The notes beneath the pieces were generated by a model. The model was given only the letters and a program-made list of their open reading frames with translations. It was not told the DNA's origin and ran no database searches. A DNA stretch of 64,000 bases, taken from Candidatus Undinarchaeota archaeon (GTDB taxonomy: Archaea; Undinarchaeota; Undinarchaeia; Undinarchaeales; JALTGF01). Position numbers and translations under genes: made by a program. The stretch spans positions 16,220 through 80,219 of the forward strand of contig CAZNLD010000001.1 in the NCBI GenBank assembly GCA_964574035.1. The letters run 5' to 3'. Positions 8,963 through 18,476 of this stretch are shown piece after piece (position 1 is the stretch's first letter; each line of letters opens with the position of its first letter).

Positions 8963-10306
8963 ATGACTAAAAAGAAAATTGTAATAATCGGCGCATTGGG
9001 CATGGATTTCCATACATTCAATACTGTTTTTAAGAATAATTCTGAATATGAAGTTCTGGCATTTACAATTGCAGGGGAGCAGAATGTAGGAACTACAGAA
9101 GAAGCAAAAAGAGTTTATCCAGCCGAGCTTGCCGGAGATTTATATCCGGAAGGGATACCAATGATTCCGGAGACTGAACTTGAAAATTTCGTAGCTGATA
9201 ATGAAGTTGATGAAGTTGTTTTCGCATATTCAGATGTTTCTCATTTGGAAGTAATGCACAAAGCATCAAGAGCTTTGGCTTCCGGAGCAGATTACAGACT
9301 GATAAGCGGAAAAAATACAATGGTTAAAGCAAACAAACCGGTAATTTCAGTCTGCGCAGTCAGAACCGGATGCGGAAAAAGTCAGGTTTCAAGGGCTGTT
9401 TATAGGTATTTAAAAGAGAAAGGCTACAAGGCTGTTGCAATAAGAGAACCGATGCCTTACGGCAACTTGGTGGAGCAGGAAGTTATGAGGTTTGAAACAT
9501 ATGAAGACCTTGACAAGTACAACTGCACTGTTGAAGAAAGAGAAGAATATGAACCCTATATTGAACAAGGACTTGTTGTTTATTCAGGAGTTGACTATGA
9601 AAAAATTGTTAGGCAGGCAGAAAAGGAAGCAGATGTTATAATTTTTGACGGAGGGAATAATGAAATTTCTTTCTACAAACCGGATCTTCTTTTTGTAGTT
9701 GCAGACCCCCTAAGACCGGGGCATGAACTGAAATATCATCCTGGAGAAGTTAATGCAAGAACTGCAGACGCCGTAATTATAAACAAGATTAACAGTGCAA
9801 GACCGGAAGATATTGAAAAGGTAAAAAGAAATATAGAAAAAATTAATCCGGAGGCAGAGATAATTAAAACCAAATCTGTGGTTTCAGTTGAAACCCCTGA
9901 AAAAATAGAGGGTAAAAAAGTTATTGTTGTTGAAGATGGACCTACCTTAACTCACGGAGGAATGTCATACGGAGCAGGATATGTGGCAGCTAAAAAACAC
10001 AGGGCAGAAATTGTCGACCCCAAACCCTACTTGAAAGGAAGTATGAAGGAAACTTTTGAAGAATTTCCTCATATTGATAAAATAGTTCCTGCAATGGGAT
10101 ATAATGAAGAGCAGGTAAAAGACCTTGAAGGAACCATTAACTCGGCAGAAGCAGATATAGTCATTGACGGAAGTACTATCGACCTTGAAAAAGTAATAGA
10201 CAGCAATAAGGAAATTGTCAGAGTAAACTATGATATTGAGCCGGGAAAGGGAACACTTTCAATTGATGAAATGCTTGACAAATTTGAAGAAAAGTATTTG
10301 AAATAA
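8963..10306 (+). CDS. P-loop NTPase of the COG2403 / cyclic 2,3-diphosphoglycerate synthetase-like family (tentative).
   Basis: 447 aa. N-terminal Rossmann-like KKIVIIGALG. Walker A-like VRTGCGKSQVS. Walker B-like VIIFDGGNNE. Confidence 0.4.
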   Translation: MTKKKIVIIGALGMDFHTFNTVFKNNSEYEVLAFTIAGEQNVGTTEEAKRVYPAELAGDLYPEGIPMIPETELENFVADNEVDEVVFAYSDVSHLEVMHKASRALASGADYRLISGKNTMVKANKPVISVCAVRTGCGKSQVSRAVYRYLKEKGYKAVAIREPMPYGNLVEQEVMRFETYEDLDKYNCTVEEREEYEPYIEQGLVVYSGVDYEKIVRQAEKEADVIIFDGGNNEISFYKPDLLFVVADPLRPGHELKYHPGEVNARTADAVIINKINSARPEDIEKVKRNIEKINPEAEIIKTKSVVSVETPEKIEGKKVIVVEDGPTLTHGGMSYGAGYVAAKKHRAEIVDPKPYLKGSMKETFEEFPHIDKIVPAMGYNEEQVKDLEGTINSAEADIVIDGSTIDLEKVIDSNKEIVRVNYDIEPGKGTLSIDEMLDKFEEKYLK

Positions 10307-10348
10307 AATGCAAAAACATTTAAGCAGACTGAAGTTCTTTCTAGTAAT

Positions 10349-10999
10349 ATGAAACTTGAAATGCATGTCCATTCAACTTATTCAGACGGTTTAATGTCTG
10401 TCAGAGAAATCGCTGAAAGGATTAAAAGAATTGGTTTGGATGGGTTTGCTCTTACTGACCATAATACAGTAGAAGGCCACTCTGAAGCAAAAGAAATCGC
10501 AGATGAAATAGATTTAAAATTTATCCCTGGAATTGAAATTTCAGCAAAAGAAGGACATGTTATTGGTTTGGGAACTAGTAAAAAGATTAAGAGAAACCTA
10601 AGTGCTGAAAAAACTGTTGAAAAAATAAAAAAAGCAGGAGGAATTTCTGTTGCAGCGCATCCATATGACCCTTTCAGGCACGGCGTAGGAGATTTAGTTA
10701 AAGAGATAGAATTTGATTATATTGAAAGTTTTAATTCAAGATCTTATTTTCCCTGGTACAACTGGAAAGCCTCCAAAGAGGCGAAAAAACTAAGAATTCC
10801 AGAAATTGCAGGTTCAGATGCCCATACTTTATCTGGAATTGGGATGGCAGTTACAGAAACAGACAGTTTAAAGGCGCTATACTACGGAAATTCCAGGACA
10901 TGCAAAACTAAATGGGTAGGCACGCCTGTAATAACGCTTGGCGCGTTGAAGAGAAAAATGATTAAATACAGTAATCCGGACAATCTGCCTTTTTTATGA
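10349..10999 (+). CDS. PHP-domain metal-dependent phosphoesterase.
   Basis: MHVHSTYSDG...LTDHN motifs of the PHP family (COG0613-like). Confidence 0.7.
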   Translation: MKLEMHVHSTYSDGLMSVREIAERIKRIGLDGFALTDHNTVEGHSEAKEIADEIDLKFIPGIEISAKEGHVIGLGTSKKIKRNLSAEKTVEKIKKAGGISVAAHPYDPFRHGVGDLVKEIEFDYIESFNSRSYFPWYNWKASKEAKKLRIPEIAGSDAHTLSGIGMAVTETDSLKALYYGNSRTCKTKWVGTPVITLGALKRKMIKYSNPDNLPFL

Positions 11000-11008
11000 A
11001 GCAAGCGA

Positions 11009-11230
11009 TTACATTAACTGCTCTATTTTTCTGACGATTGGTACCATAAAGAGCAGCAGTCCCAGCCATACTACGAAGATTACCAGAACAAATACTGACC
11101 AGAATCCATCTGTTCCAAGTGCGTTTGATAACAGCATTATACCGAAGGTCAATACTAAAGCTCCGATAAAACTGAGAACTACTTCTTCCATAGCAAACAT
11201 TAACCGCTTGTTTGAGTTTTTCTTTGCCAT
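11009..11230 (-). CDS. Small membrane protein (two TM helices).
   Basis: 73 aa, two hydrophobic segments. Confidence 0.4.
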   Translation of the reverse strand: MAKKNSNKRLMFAMEEVVLSFIGALVLTFGIMLLSNALGTDGFWSVFVLVIFVVWLGLLLFMVPIVRKIEQLM

Positions 11231-11276
11231 GATTTGGAATAAACTCTGCCTTATTAAATACCTTTCTATTTAGAAA

Positions 11277-11915
11277 TTAAAGAGTAATAATGTAGATATG
11301 CGGACTGTGAAGTTGAATTCCAAACAAAGAGGAGTATGCCCTTGAAGTTCCTATTGAAAATCTGACTTCTCCTGAAATATTGTAGGGAATGTTTTCAAAC
11401 ATTATGTAGCCTTCTCTTTCTTCGCCTGGCTCTATGTTTTCTCCGTTGAATTGAGTATAAGTTACATTATATGTTTGATTTGGGATTTTTTGAATGAATG
11501 CATTATCTTCCTTAAAATTTTCAATAGAGTTTCCTGCATTTCTTACCCATATATCAGCCCTGAATGCAATTTCATCTAAGCCTTCTTCCGGATTTTTATA
11601 CCAACCGATTCTTACCAACTTTGTTTCAAACAAACCGAAATCGTGGCTTAAATTCAGATACCTGGATCCTTCAATATAGTCCTGCTCATGGTCAATCTTT
11701 TCCTGTTTTTCCGATTCAATTTCAGGCGCTTCCTCAGGTAGTTCAGGTCCAGAACCTGTTTCTGATTCTTTTATCTGGAATTTAGGAAGCATAAATTCAA
11801 AATCTACCGGTTTTGAAGAAACTAAAACTTCTTCATAATTGGTTATGAAAACAACAGATGAAACTAATAAAGCCATTGCTACCAGCACAACAAAAGATGC
11901 ATGTTCCTTTTCCAT
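11277..11915 (-). CDS. Hypothetical secreted or membrane-anchored protein.
   Basis: N-terminal hydrophobic segment FVVLVAMALLVSSVVFIT. The start is probably the internal Met (MEKEH). No recognisable domain. Confidence 0.4.
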   Translation of the reverse strand: MEKEHASFVVLVAMALLVSSVVFITNYEEVLVSSKPVDFEFMLPKFQIKESETGSGPELPEEAPEIESEKQEKIDHEQDYIEGSRYLNLSHDFGLFETKLVRIGWYKNPEEGLDEIAFRADIWVRNAGNSIENFKEDNAFIQKIPNQTYNVTYTQFNGENIEPGEEREGYIMFENIPYNISGEVRFSIGTSRAYSSLFGIQLHSPHIYIITL

Positions 11916-11968
11916 ATTAAAGAGTATGTGCAAATAGTATTTAAAGTTTTAAACTAAATAAATATAAA

Positions 11969-12676
11969 ATGGTCAAACTAAGAAAACCGCCAGCAATAAT
12001 ACCCTCTTTAGACTTAAATTTAGAGGGTGCAACTGACTTATTAGGAGAGCTTGCTGATGTCGAAGAGAAAATAGCCGCATACAAAATGAGTTCTCTTCAA
12101 ATTATGGAAAAAGGCCTTGAAGAAGTTGTTGAAGAAATCAGAGCATATACCAATCTTCCGCTTATTTATGATCACCAAAAAGCATGCACTGACATTCCAC
12201 CGATTGTTAAAAATCAGGTCGATGCAGTTGCCTCCCTTGGAATTGATTCATTTATTGCTGTTCCACAGGGAGCAGGTTCAAAAAGTCTGGAAAGTTTTGT
12301 TAAGGCTAGCAAGGAAAATAAAATAATCCCAGTCGTCCTTTTGGAAATGACTCATCCGGGCGCTAACGATTACCTAAAAAAGAATACGCCGAGCAAGGTT
12401 TTTGACAGGGCAGTTAAACTTGGAGTTAAACATTTTGTAGTTCCAGGAAATAAAACTGAAAAAATAAATCAGTATAGGTGCTGGGCGGACAAAGAAGACA
12501 AGAAAATAAAATTATTAAGTCCGGGCATTGGTGCTCAGGGCGGAACTGCTGAAAGTGCAGTTAAAACAGGAGTTGATTACCCAATTATTGGAAGAGCAAT
12601 TTATACTTCTGAAAAACCCGCTGAGGCGGTTGAAAAAATATATGATGCTTGTAAAAAAGGATATTCTAAAAGATGA
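11969..12676 (+). CDS. pyrF: Orotidine 5'-phosphate decarboxylase.
   Basis: 235 aa. OMPdecase-like TIM barrel (DHQKACTDIPP). Translationally coupled to pyrE. Confidence 0.65.
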   Translation: MVKLRKPPAIIPSLDLNLEGATDLLGELADVEEKIAAYKMSSLQIMEKGLEEVVEEIRAYTNLPLIYDHQKACTDIPPIVKNQVDAVASLGIDSFIAVPQGAGSKSLESFVKASKENKIIPVVLLEMTHPGANDYLKKNTPSKVFDRAVKLGVKHFVVPGNKTEKINQYRCWADKEDKKIKLLSPGIGAQGGTAESAVKTGVDYPIIGRAIYTSEKPAEAVEKIYDACKKGYSKR

Positions 12677-13299
12677 ATAAAAAAGAAACTGCAGAAATTC
12701 TGCTTGATATCGCAGCAGTTATTTTAAGACCAAAAAAGCCATTTATTTTTACTTCTGGAATTAAGAGTCCCATTTACTGTGACAATAGAATTTTAATGAG
12801 CCATGTTGAAGAAAGAAGGAAAATTATTGAATCTTTTGAAGAACTTTTGAAGGAAAAAGGAGTCGATTTTGAGGTAATTGCCGGAACTGCAACAGCAGGA
12901 ATTCCTCATGCAGCTTGGCTTGCGGAAAAAGAGAACTCTAAAATGATATATGTAAGAAGTTCAAAAAAAGGGCACGGAAAGGAAAATAAAATTGAAGGAG
13001 TTTTAAAGGAAGGCCAGAAAGTCCTCATTGTTGAAGATTTAGTAAGTACCGGAGGAAGTTCAATTGAAGCAGTTCAAACTGTAAGAGGTGCAGGAGGAAT
13101 TGTTGATTACTGCATAGCAATATTTACCTACGGCCTTGAAAAGGCAGAGAAAAGATTTGAAGAAGCTGACTGTAAATTAATTACATTAACTGATTTTGAA
13201 ACACTAATTGAAACTGCCGAAAAAAGAGGAGATATTACTGAAGAAGAAAAGAGAGAACTTGAGAAGTGGCAGGCTGATCCGGATAATTGGATGAAATAG
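12673..13299 (+). CDS. pyrE: Orotate phosphoribosyltransferase.
   Basis: 208 aa. PRTase motif LIVEDLVSTGGS. Confidence 0.75.
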   Translation: MNKKETAEILLDIAAVILRPKKPFIFTSGIKSPIYCDNRILMSHVEERRKIIESFEELLKEKGVDFEVIAGTATAGIPHAAWLAEKENSKMIYVRSSKKGHGKENKIEGVLKEGQKVLIVEDLVSTGGSSIEAVQTVRGAGGIVDYCIAIFTYGLEKAEKRFEEADCKLITLTDFETLIETAEKRGDITEEEKRELEKWQADPDNWMK

Positions 13300-13347
13300 A
13301 GGATGTACCATTAACTATCTACCATAAACCATTCACTATTAATTGAG

Positions 13348-13469
13348 CGCCCCCAGCAGGAGTTGAACCTGCGACCTTCCGGTCTCTGTCACTCCGCTTC
13401 GCTTCGTGAATAGCCACAAAGCAAGCTTTGTGATAACAGCCGGATGCTCTTCCACTAAGCTACAGGGGC
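13348..13469 (-). tRNA. tRNA-Asn (anticodon GUU) with an intron of about 50 nt after position 37.
   Basis: Folded from the reverse complement. Acceptor GCCCCTG/TGGGGGC. D-stem GCTT/GAGC. Anticodon stem TCCGG/CCGGA separated by CTGTTA plus about 50 nt. T-arm GCAGG-TTCAACT-CCTGC. Discriminator G. Confidence 0.55.
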
Positions 13470-13533
13470 ATTTGAGGTATAATATAATGCTTTAAGGAAT
13501 TTATAAAGTTAGTTGTTTGCAGGAATATTTATT

Positions 13534-14622
13534 CTAGTCCAAGAACTGCTCGTTTTCTATCTTCTCAGGAAGATATTCTTTTGCAACGAAGTCAAGACTC
13601 TTGTTTGCAAGAGCCTGCTGTTCAATTCTGACTCCCATATCCAGCATCTTTTTGAGCTGTTCAATCCATTCCTGATTATGTTTAAACCAAGGATAATCCA
13701 TTTCTTCCTTTATTCGTTTTTTGTCAGTATCCTTGAGTTTTTCAGTAACATTTTCCAGCTCATACTTTTCAATATCGCCCATAGTCATTCCTACATATTT
13801 GCTCTTCGGAACTGCATATCTTTCTGAGAGATGTGCAAGCTCAATTGAACCATATTTCAAAACGGAATAAATGTAGAAACCATACGGATCGCCGTCTACA
13901 AAAGCAACAACGGGCAAATCCAGTTCGTCTGAAAGTATTTTCGTAAATCGTCTTACTCCCCTCGGAAACATCCCTTCTCCCGTAATCATTAAGCAGTCAA
14001 GGTTTTTCCACACCTCTTCCTGAATAAGACGAGACATCATAGCATCGTTCTCTATTGCCAGAATAAACTCTGCATCATGGTTTACAACTTCAACATCTTC
14101 TACATAACCAGGAATAGCCCACCCTCCTCTTCCGAGCTTGCTGCAGTCAAACGTATCTCCTGTCTGTTTAAGAGTTATGTTTCCATAGATAGAGCCTCTT
14201 GCTTTTGCCTCAACATGAAGTCTTTCTCTTAAAATACCAAGTGAGGCTTCAAGGTCGTTCAAAGTTTTTCCGCTTTCAGTATCATCTTCAAAAGTATTTT
14301 CCTTCGAATTAGGAAGAGAGTGCTTCAAATTGTAATACAATTCTCGTTTTCCTACTGTTCTGTCGTCTTCAATATAACTTTTGCAAGCAGCCGCGATTAA
14401 CATAGACTGCATGAACTTCCTCGTGTGAGAAACATTCAGGAATTTTCTTGTTGATTTTCGGTCCCCTAGTTCGAGTAGTTTCTTGTTCTCATTAAAAGAA
14501 ACATTTGACCTTGTTCTTGTAGGCATTTTGAAGTTTGGGCCTACTCCTTTCTCAACGAGATTGGTCATATTCTCTCCGAATTCTTCTATTTTTTTGATTG
14601 ATTCTTTGCTTGGCTTATCCAT
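13534..14622 (-). CDS. top6A: DNA topoisomerase VI subunit A (Spo11-like).
   Basis: 362 aa. Toprim-containing Spo11/TopoVIA architecture. Immediately downstream of top6B on the same strand. Confidence 0.8.
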   Translation of the reverse strand: MDKPSKESIKKIEEFGENMTNLVEKGVGPNFKMPTRTRSNVSFNENKKLLELGDRKSTRKFLNVSHTRKFMQSMLIAAACKSYIEDDRTVGKRELYYNLKHSLPNSKENTFEDDTESGKTLNDLEASLGILRERLHVEAKARGSIYGNITLKQTGDTFDCSKLGRGGWAIPGYVEDVEVVNHDAEFILAIENDAMMSRLIQEEVWKNLDCLMITGEGMFPRGVRRFTKILSDELDLPVVAFVDGDPYGFYIYSVLKYGSIELAHLSERYAVPKSKYVGMTMGDIEKYELENVTEKLKDTDKKRIKEEMDYPWFKHNQEWIEQLKKMLDMGVRIEQQALANKSLDFVAKEYLPEKIENEQFLD

Positions 14623-14624
14623 CT

Positions 14625-16259
14625 TTACTCTTCTTCAGGCTCTGGTATTTCTTCATATGCAGCCTGTTCTTCCTCCTCGTCTTTTTTTATTTCTTCTTCT
14701 TTAAAAAGTTCGCTAAATCTTTCCCTCACAATTTCATCCAACCCTTTTTCTATTTTCTTTTCATCTCCCCCGGTTATTCTTGCAATTGCTTTTGCTGTTT
14801 CAGGTACGTATTTTTCAAAGGCTTTTTTCTTTTCCTTCTGCTCCTTAAGGCGCCTCTTTCCTGCCAGGAATTTCTTTAATTTTCTTCCAATCTGCATTAG
14901 AGCATATCTCATTTCGTCAAGAATTTCTTCCTCTTTTGCTATTGCCTGCTTTCCTGCAGAAGTGTAAGGAACGTGAGTTGAAATTAAATTTATGAATACT
15001 GTTACAGGAGCATTGTCCAGATCAGAAATATTGTATCTTTTCCAGTCAACTGTTTTCATGGCCTCAGTAGTTACACATGCGCCTCTATCAAACAAAAGAG
15101 GGGCCCTGTTTGCAAATCTCATTAATTCTACCTTCTTTCCTCCGCCATTTGAACTTGTTTCCCTTCCTGCATTTCCTCCATAGGCAATTGCAACTTCAAC
15201 AAGGAATGGTATGCCTCCCTGATAAACAGTAGGTTTTCTTGTTATTGCCTCAACAAAATCAGGCGCCAGCAGGCTTTCAAGAGCTTTTTCAACAGTATCT
15301 TCTCCTATTGGAACAAGTCCCGAAGTAGGAGGTGCCATGAAATCTGCTTTTTTGAAAGCATCTGTAAGTTTCTCGGCTTTTTCCCAGTCAAGTCTTTTCG
15401 GGCTCACCTTTAAATCATAACCAACTTCTTCCTGAACTTCCTTTACTCTCTTTGAACTTACTCTTGAAAGTTCATTTTTAAGCATGGAACTTATTGATCT
15501 GGAATTTGTTTTGTGAGCAATATCAAGTAAATCATGGGTTTCAAGTCCTTCTGGATGGGGCTGAATTTCTTCAGGAGTTTCAGGAACTTCGTCAATAACT
15601 CTTTCAAAAACAATTTCAGAATCCATGTCTTTGAACTTAATTGTAGCATGAGGATTTGCTGCAGCAGTCCATCTGACATATTCAAAAGGACCCTGTCTGC
15701 CTTTAGTATACATTACATTTTTAAATTCAAGTTCAACAATTGTTCCTCTCCAGGTGTCATTTAATACTTCTTTTTCAACAATCTCCGGCTTATTTTTCTT
15801 TATATCCATCTTAACTTTGGCGTCAATTATCTTGCCACTGCCGGTTCCAGATTTGATCCTGGTTGGTTTGCCAGTAGTTACCTGAGAAAATAGAACTGCC
15901 CCACTTACACCAAGCCCCTGCTGTCCTCTAAGCTGAATATTTCTATGGAATTTGGTTCCTGTAAGGAGCTGTCCAAAAACTTTTTCTAAATGATTTATTG
16001 GAATTCCAGGGCCATTGTCCTGTACTTTGACTCTGTAATGGTTGTCCCCGACTTCTTTTATTGCAACTTTAATAACAGGCAGAATACCTGCCTCTTCACA
16101 CGCATCAAGACTGTTTGTAACTAGCTCATGGATTACAGTCGTGAGACTCTTTATTTTTCCAACATATCCGAGATACTGCTTGTTCTTTCTAAAAAATTCT
16201 GAGAGAGGTACTTCTTTGAATTCTTTGAAGAGTGTATCTGCAGTTACTTCTTTTACCAT
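14625..16259 (-). CDS. top6B: DNA topoisomerase VI subunit B (GHKL ATPase).
   Basis: 544 aa. Bergerat-fold motifs IHELVTNSLDA and DNGPGI. Confidence 0.85.
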   Translation of the reverse strand: MVKEVTADTLFKEFKEVPLSEFFRKNKQYLGYVGKIKSLTTVIHELVTNSLDACEEAGILPVIKVAIKEVGDNHYRVKVQDNGPGIPINHLEKVFGQLLTGTKFHRNIQLRGQQGLGVSGAVLFSQVTTGKPTRIKSGTGSGKIIDAKVKMDIKKNKPEIVEKEVLNDTWRGTIVELEFKNVMYTKGRQGPFEYVRWTAAANPHATIKFKDMDSEIVFERVIDEVPETPEEIQPHPEGLETHDLLDIAHKTNSRSISSMLKNELSRVSSKRVKEVQEEVGYDLKVSPKRLDWEKAEKLTDAFKKADFMAPPTSGLVPIGEDTVEKALESLLAPDFVEAITRKPTVYQGGIPFLVEVAIAYGGNAGRETSSNGGGKKVELMRFANRAPLLFDRGACVTTEAMKTVDWKRYNISDLDNAPVTVFINLISTHVPYTSAGKQAIAKEEEILDEMRYALMQIGRKLKKFLAGKRRLKEQKEKKKAFEKYVPETAKAIARITGGDEKKIEKGLDEIVRERFSELFKEEEIKKDEEEEQAAYEEIPEPEEE

Positions 16260-16260
16260 T

Positions 16261-16794
16261 TTAAAGTTCTTTTGCTTTCTCCTTTAATTCTTTTTCCATT
16301 GATTTAAACACTGCGCCGTGCATTGCTCCATTTATCAGCTTTTCAACGGCCCTCATAGCTATTTCAAGACCGATTGGGAAACCGATTATAGCGACAGTAT
16401 GTCCATGTATGACTATATCAGTATTAGTCAGGTCCTGTATTTTCTTTTTTGATTTTCCTTCTTTTCCGATTATCCTTCCTTTAATTCTGACCTGAGTTGA
16501 TTTATTTTTCCCCAGATAATCTTTTAAATTGATTATCTTGAGATCAGCATTTTCTTCTAGTATTCGATAAGCTTTCTTTGAGGAAAAACCTCTGCCAATT
16601 GCTTTTATGACATCACGAGCTTTCCATAAAAGGAAAGGGTCTGACTCATCAGTTTCAGAAATCATGACCTCATTGAGCTCACTGTCAATTTTGACCTTGG
16701 TTTTTGTTTCCCGTTCAATTCGCTTTATTATTTTTGCATCATCTGCAAGAAGGTACTTAATCCTCTTGGCAGGAATTTTCAAGTATTCAACCAT
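16261..16794 (-). CDS. KH-domain RNA-binding protein (Dim2/Pno1-like).
   Basis: 177 aa. Two KH-like modules (IPAKRIKYLLADDAKIIKRIERETKTKVKID and a GKNKSTQVRIKGRIIGKEG element). Confidence 0.5.
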   Translation of the reverse strand: MVEYLKIPAKRIKYLLADDAKIIKRIERETKTKVKIDSELNEVMISETDESDPFLLWKARDVIKAIGRGFSSKKAYRILEENADLKIINLKDYLGKNKSTQVRIKGRIIGKEGKSKKKIQDLTNTDIVIHGHTVAIIGFPIGLEIAMRAVEKLINGAMHGAVFKSMEKELKEKAKEL

Positions 16795-16897
16795 TATGAT
16801 TTTGTATTATATATAAGGCTTTTCCTTTATTTAAAGGTAACGGCTTGCTTGTTGTTGATTTTGGGTTTATTCGGTCTTAATTTTAAGAACGCTCAAT

Positions 16898-17260
16898 CTA
16901 TATCTGTTGTTCTTCTATAAAATCTCTTGTAATATATCCTCTTTTAATTAATTCATTTACCTGGTTTTTCTTGTAAAAATACAGATAGTCTCCTTTTTCG
17001 TCGCTTTGAATATCCCATTTCTTTACAAGAACAACGTAGCCAGGTTTTACTCTTAGCTTATATCTGATTTTGCCCGGAATCCTACAGCTTCTGGTATGTC
17101 CATCCGTGCATCTTACAAGCAGTTTTGAACCGTAATGTTCTTCAACTACTCCAAGAAGTTCATTTTTTGACTTCTTTGGTATTCTGACTCTGACATAGCC
17201 TCCAGACTGCTGATTTCCTTTCTTTCCTTTTTTCTTATTTTTATTCTGAGGCATACCCAT
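16898..17260 (-). CDS. eif1a: Translation initiation factor 1A (aIF-1A).
   Basis: 120 aa. S1/OB core: VRVRIPKK...LLVRCTDGHTRSCRIPGKIRYKLRVKPGYVVLV. Confidence 0.8.
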   Translation of the reverse strand: MGMPQNKNKKKGKKGNQQSGGYVRVRIPKKSKNELLGVVEEHYGSKLLVRCTDGHTRSCRIPGKIRYKLRVKPGYVVLVKKWDIQSDEKGDYLYFYKKNQVNELIKRGYITRDFIEEQQI

Positions 17261-17350
17261 TTACTTGAATACTGCGGTTTATTAAGGTTTTGTAATTGCT
17301 AGCTTATAAAAATATAAATAGAAGATAGTAGAAAGGATTATTGAGTAAAA

Positions 17351-18337
17351 ATGAGTGTCAGGCCTCTATACGAAACAGTAATTGAGAAGCAGAAGGGAGA
17401 TGTTTTTGCCATGTGGCCGTATTTTGCTTTTCCGGGTAGTGAATTTGATAGAAAGAGAAAAGAATATTATGGTTCTGAAAGAGGGGATCATGTAGAACTT
17501 AAATCCGCAATGAAGGGTTTTGATACTAGGATTATACTTAATGCCGGAAATGAACCAGCCGGGATACCAAGATGGATATATACGGAACTCTGGGAGAAAG
17601 GTTACAAGTGGGATTTTGACCTGATCATAGCAGCTTCTAACATGTACAACTCTCACTTGCCGGAGCTGTCCGGAAAGAAAGTTGCATTTAAAGACGGAAT
17701 AGACAGATCAAAACCAATTAAATTCATCAAATCAAAAAAAGGCATAATTGGAGTTCAAACTAAAGAAATGTACGCCGACTATGAAAAAAGAGAACTAGGA
17801 GTTATAATACCAAAAGAAGTGCTTCCCGAAGATTATAAGATTCCTGCAATTACGCATGAATATTGCTCAAATATAGGAATGTATGGATTCGTAGCGAGTA
17901 ATGAAATAGGACTGTTAAATAAATATAGAGGTGGTTTTTCCAACCCTCCAACGGATGAGTTGTTAGAAAAGGGAGGCAAAGATCTTGTTGACAAGTACAG
18001 CGAGAAGGTATTCAAAAAACTCTTGGAAACTACTTTTGAACTCGCAAAAATTGCGAAAAAGGAGGGCAAAGGCGACCAGTTTGTTTTTGCAGCCGCGGAT
18101 GAAAGTTCTCAATTTGGTTTAGTAGGTGCCAATACTATCCCATTCGTTGATGGGATTGAAAAGGCTATGAAGGATAAATTTAATTATGTTTATGAAGCTA
18201 AATGGCTGAGTGCGGGTGAAGCATTAAATAAATGGGGAATGGAAAAAAAGGACATCCGGCAATTAATAGGTACTTTTAAAAAATTAAAAACACAAAAGCC
18301 GGAGTGTAAAATGGAAATAGAGTTGAATGAACTATAG
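17351..18337 (+). CDS. Hypothetical protein (328 aa), no recognised domain.
   Basis: Long ORF with no internal stops and coding-like composition. Confidence 0.4.
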   Translation: MSVRPLYETVIEKQKGDVFAMWPYFAFPGSEFDRKRKEYYGSERGDHVELKSAMKGFDTRIILNAGNEPAGIPRWIYTELWEKGYKWDFDLIIAASNMYNSHLPELSGKKVAFKDGIDRSKPIKFIKSKKGIIGVQTKEMYADYEKRELGVIIPKEVLPEDYKIPAITHEYCSNIGMYGFVASNEIGLLNKYRGGFSNPPTDELLEKGGKDLVDKYSEKVFKKLLETTFELAKIAKKEGKGDQFVFAAADESSQFGLVGANTIPFVDGIEKAMKDKFNYVYEAKWLSAGEALNKWGMEKKDIRQLIGTFKKLKTQKPECKMEIELNEL

Positions 18338-18370
18338 AAGATTAAGGTTTTTTACATTAAAAATTAATCA

Positions 18371-18443
18371 ATAACTATCTACTATCCACCACCCACAACC
18401 TACTGCCCACTACTCTCTACCCACCATCTTCCACCCACAACCT
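18371..18443. repeat. C-rich degenerate heptanucleotide tandem array (about 10 units, NNNCYAC periodicity; G-rich on the other strand).
   Basis: ATCTACT ATCCACC ACCCACA ACCTACT GCCCACT ACTCTCT ACCCACC ATCTTCC ACCCACA ACC, read directly from the sequence. Confidence 0.6.
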
Positions 18444-18476
18444 TTATATAACTAAACCACGCTTTATAATGCTACT

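Noticed and set aside
8963-10306. 447-aa protein as the missing arginine deiminase
   Set aside because: It has P-loop NTPase motifs (GCGKS / hhhhDGG) and lacks the C-terminal catalytic Cys and guanidino-modifying fold of ADI. It is better described as a COG2403-like NTPase.
13513-13827. 104-aa ORF on the plus strand
   Set aside because: It lies entirely within the well-supported minus-strand top6A gene. Its low-complexity F/L-rich translation is typical of an antisense frame in AT-rich DNA.
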